Assembly: GCA_030550625.1 (NCBI GenBank)
Contig: JAUQOZ010000052.1
Coordinates: 8,745-72,744, forward strand
Length of the DNA: 64,000 nt
DNA from: Chloroflexota bacterium
GTDB taxonomy: Bacteria; Chloroflexota; Chloroflexia; Chloroflexales; Chloroflexaceae
Direction: 5' to 3'
Position 1 is the stretch's first letter. The number at the start of each line of letters is the position of its first letter. Shown here one piece after another: positions 62,207 through 64,000 of this stretch. The notes beneath the pieces were generated by a model, which did not search any database, was not told the DNA's origin, and was given only the letters and a program-made list of their open reading frames with translations. A program made the position numbers and the translations under genes.

Positions 62207-62341
62207 AGGCAATGGCGCCACATAATGGTATGCGGCAGTGAAACTGACGCACGTTACAACGAGCCCGTCGCTAGACCATGCCGGATAGATTGCGCCCACA
62301 TTACCTTGCACGAACGGCGCACGCGAGAGCGAGCCAACCTT

Positions 62342-63268
62342 ATGACAGAACTCCTTGATCTGATCGGCCATACGCCGCTACTGCCGCTCCACCGCGCGCT
62401 CGATCTGCCAGCGGGAGTCGAACTGTACGGCAAAGCGGAATGGTACAACCTCGGCGGTTCGGTAAAAGATCGGCCTGCGCTCTGGATGATTCGGGATGGT
62501 GAGCGGCGCGGTTTGTTGCGTCCGGGAATGCGGATTGCCGACGCAACGAGCGGCAATACTGGCATTGCGTATGCTACAATTGGCGCGGCGCTGGGGTACG
62601 GAGTGACGCTCGCGATGCCAGCCAATGCCAGCCTTGAGCGGCGGCGGATTTTGCGCGCGCTCGGCGCCGAGCTGATCCTCACCGATGCGGCGGAGGGCAT
62701 GGATGCAGCAATTGCCGCAATCCGGGCATTGGTGGCCGAGCATCCTGATCGCTACTTTTACCCCGACCAATACAGCAACCCGGCTAACCCGCAAGCCCAT
62801 TACGAGACGACTGGGCCTGAGATTTGGCAGCAAACCGATGGGCGTATCACCCATTTTGTGGCGGCCTTAGGCACCAGCGGCACCTTTATGGGCACAAGCC
62901 GGCGTTTGCGCGAATACAATCCGGCTATTCGCTTGATAGCCGTGCAGCCTGACAGCCCGTACCACGCCCTTGAAGGCGTGAAGCACATGGCTTCAACTAA
63001 GTTCGTGCCGGCGATTTACCGGCCCGAACAAGCTGACGCCATCCTTGAAGTGCGAAGCGAAGATGCGTTTGCGATGGCGCGCTGGCTGGCGCGGCGAGCC
63101 GGTTTGTTAGTCGGTATCTCGGCGGCGGCCAATGTGGTCGCGGCAGCGCGGGTGGCCCGTGAAGCTGGGCAGGGGGTGGTGGTGACCATCCTGTGCGATA
63201 GCGCCAATCGTTATCTCAGCGAACGGTTTTGGGAAGAGCCGGGGTTTGCGGAAGGGGCGGGGATTTGA
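62342..63268 (+). CDS. cysM: PLP-dependent cysteine synthase (CysM-like)
   Basis: LIGHTPL, KAEWYNLGGSVKDRPA (PLP Lys), ATSGNTG, LGTSGT, GISAAAN. Confidence 0.85.
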   Translation: MTELLDLIGHTPLLPLHRALDLPAGVELYGKAEWYNLGGSVKDRPALWMIRDGERRGLLRPGMRIADATSGNTGIAYATIGAALGYGVTLAMPANASLERRRILRALGAELILTDAAEGMDAAIAAIRALVAEHPDRYFYPDQYSNPANPQAHYETTGPEIWQQTDGRITHFVAALGTSGTFMGTSRRLREYNPAIRLIAVQPDSPYHALEGVKHMASTKFVPAIYRPEQADAILEVRSEDAFAMARWLARRAGLLVGISAAANVVAAARVAREAGQGVVVTILCDSANRYLSERFWEEPGFAEGAGI

Positions 63269-63277
63269 CCCGCAACG

Positions 63278-63725
63278 GTCATTGCGCGGGCGCAGCCTTA
63301 TCATCATTGCGCGGGTGCGCAGCCCTCCTGTCATTGCGAGGGCGCGAAGCGCCCGAAGCAATCTCCCGCTTCAGCGGGCGGAATGCCTGAGCGGGGTGAT
63401 CCCGTGCGCGGAGGGGATGGCTTCGCTGCCTGCGTCAGCTCGCAATGACAAGGGGGAGCGGGAGGAATGGCTGAGCGGGATGGTACCGTGCGCGGAGGGG
63501 ATGGCTTCGCTGCCTGCGTCAGCTTGCAATGACAAGGGGGAGCGGGAGGAATGGCTGAGCGGGATGGTACCGTGCGCGGAGGGGATGGCTTCGCTGCCTG
63601 CGTCAGCTTGCAATGACAAGGGGGAGCGGGAGGAATGGCTGAGCGGGATGGTACCGTGCGCGGAGGAGATTGCTTCGCCGCCTGCGGCGGCTCGCAATGA
63701 CAAGCGGGGCGGGCGGGAGAAATGG
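63278..63725. repeat. GTCATTGCGAG...CTCGCAATGAC palindromic element with four 84-bp tandem copies of the right end
   Basis: Left end gtcattgcgag-ggcgcgaagcgcc-cgaagcaatctcc (63330-63366) is complementary to the last right end ggagattgcttcg-ccgcctgcggcgg-ctcgcaatgac (63665-63701). Unit starts are 63402, 63486, 63570, 63654. Confidence 0.9.
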
Positions 63726-63760
63726 CTGACTGATACAGGTACAACACGAGCAAGGTGGTT

Positions 63761-64000
63761 ATGACCCTGATACTGCCGGCGAAGGCAGTGGCGGCAATAG
63801 TCGCCCATGCCGAAGCGACCTATCCTGACGAATGCGTTGGTTTGCTGGTGGGAACGCTCAACGGCGAGCAGAAGACGGTTTTACAGGTGGTGACGCTCGA
63901 AAATCGCTGGAGCGGGCAAGTGCAACTAGCGCCAACCGATGATCCTACCTCGCGGCGCGATCGGTTCTATCTCGACCCCCGCGATTATCTGCGCGCCGAA
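63761..64000 (+). CDS. JAB/MPN (Mov34, M67) metallopeptidase, Mec-like; runs off the window end
   Basis: Hand translation: MTLILPAKAVAAIVAHAEATYPDECVGLLVG...RFYLDPRDY; the catalytic Glu is in YPDECVG. The HxH motif would lie beyond the window. Confidence 0.82.
   Translation, partial: MTLILPAKAVAAIVAHAEATYPDECVGLLVGTLNGEQKTVLQVVTLENRWSGQVQLAPTDDPTSRRDRFYLDPRDYLRAE

Noticed and set aside
63374-63725. CRISPR array interpretation of the 84-bp repeats
   Set aside because: The units are nearly identical over their whole length, with no unique spacers and no cas genes in the window.
63246-63808. ORFs 63246-63764 (+), 63331-63753 (-) and 63371-63808 (-)
   Set aside because: These arise from an 84-bp (multiple of 3) GC-rich tandem repeat; the translations are just the repeat and resemble no protein family.

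Overview
This is a GC-rich bacterial chromosome window. Gene content and protein families point to a Chloroflexus-like member of Chloroflexota (inference). It is mostly core or metabolic DNA, and I see no prophage, integrase, transposase or CRISPR array. In order: partial mreB; F-type ATP synthase operon atpBEFHAGDC (c-subunit has the H+-type signature); a pseudo-receiver/Roadblock (MglB-like) fusion; an L,D-transpeptidase; a degenerate Old Yellow Enzyme; a four-gene Na+-translocating acyl-CoA decarboxylase cluster; an MFS transporter; a hybrid kinase plus diguanylate cyclase; an ABC transporter; lepA; a PrsA-like PPIase; mazG; nfeD-stomatin; an RpoD-family sigma factor; a DEDDh-WYL exonuclease; metG; a broken HEPN toxin; a form II cox (coxG-S-L-M) cluster; a SAM-I riboswitch with metY-metX; tRNA-Cys; a standalone single-ring Clp-type ATPase; a sufR-sufCDSUB operon followed by Rieske ferredoxin, rhodanese, a second SufU, cysteine synthase and a partial JAB peptidase. 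Intergenic spaces hold at least five families of palindromic repeats, including an 84-bp tandem amplification of one end of a cruciform element. The most promising leads, all hypotheses, are: the Na+-pump decarboxylase possibly acting as an ion-driven carboxylase; the RomR/MglB-like polarity fusion; the IGF-loop single-AAA Clp ATPase beside a TPR/zinc-finger membrane protein; the exonuclease-WYL fusion; and the SseA-SufU2-CysM-JAB sulfur relay. All domain calls come from motif recognition by eye; no searches were run.
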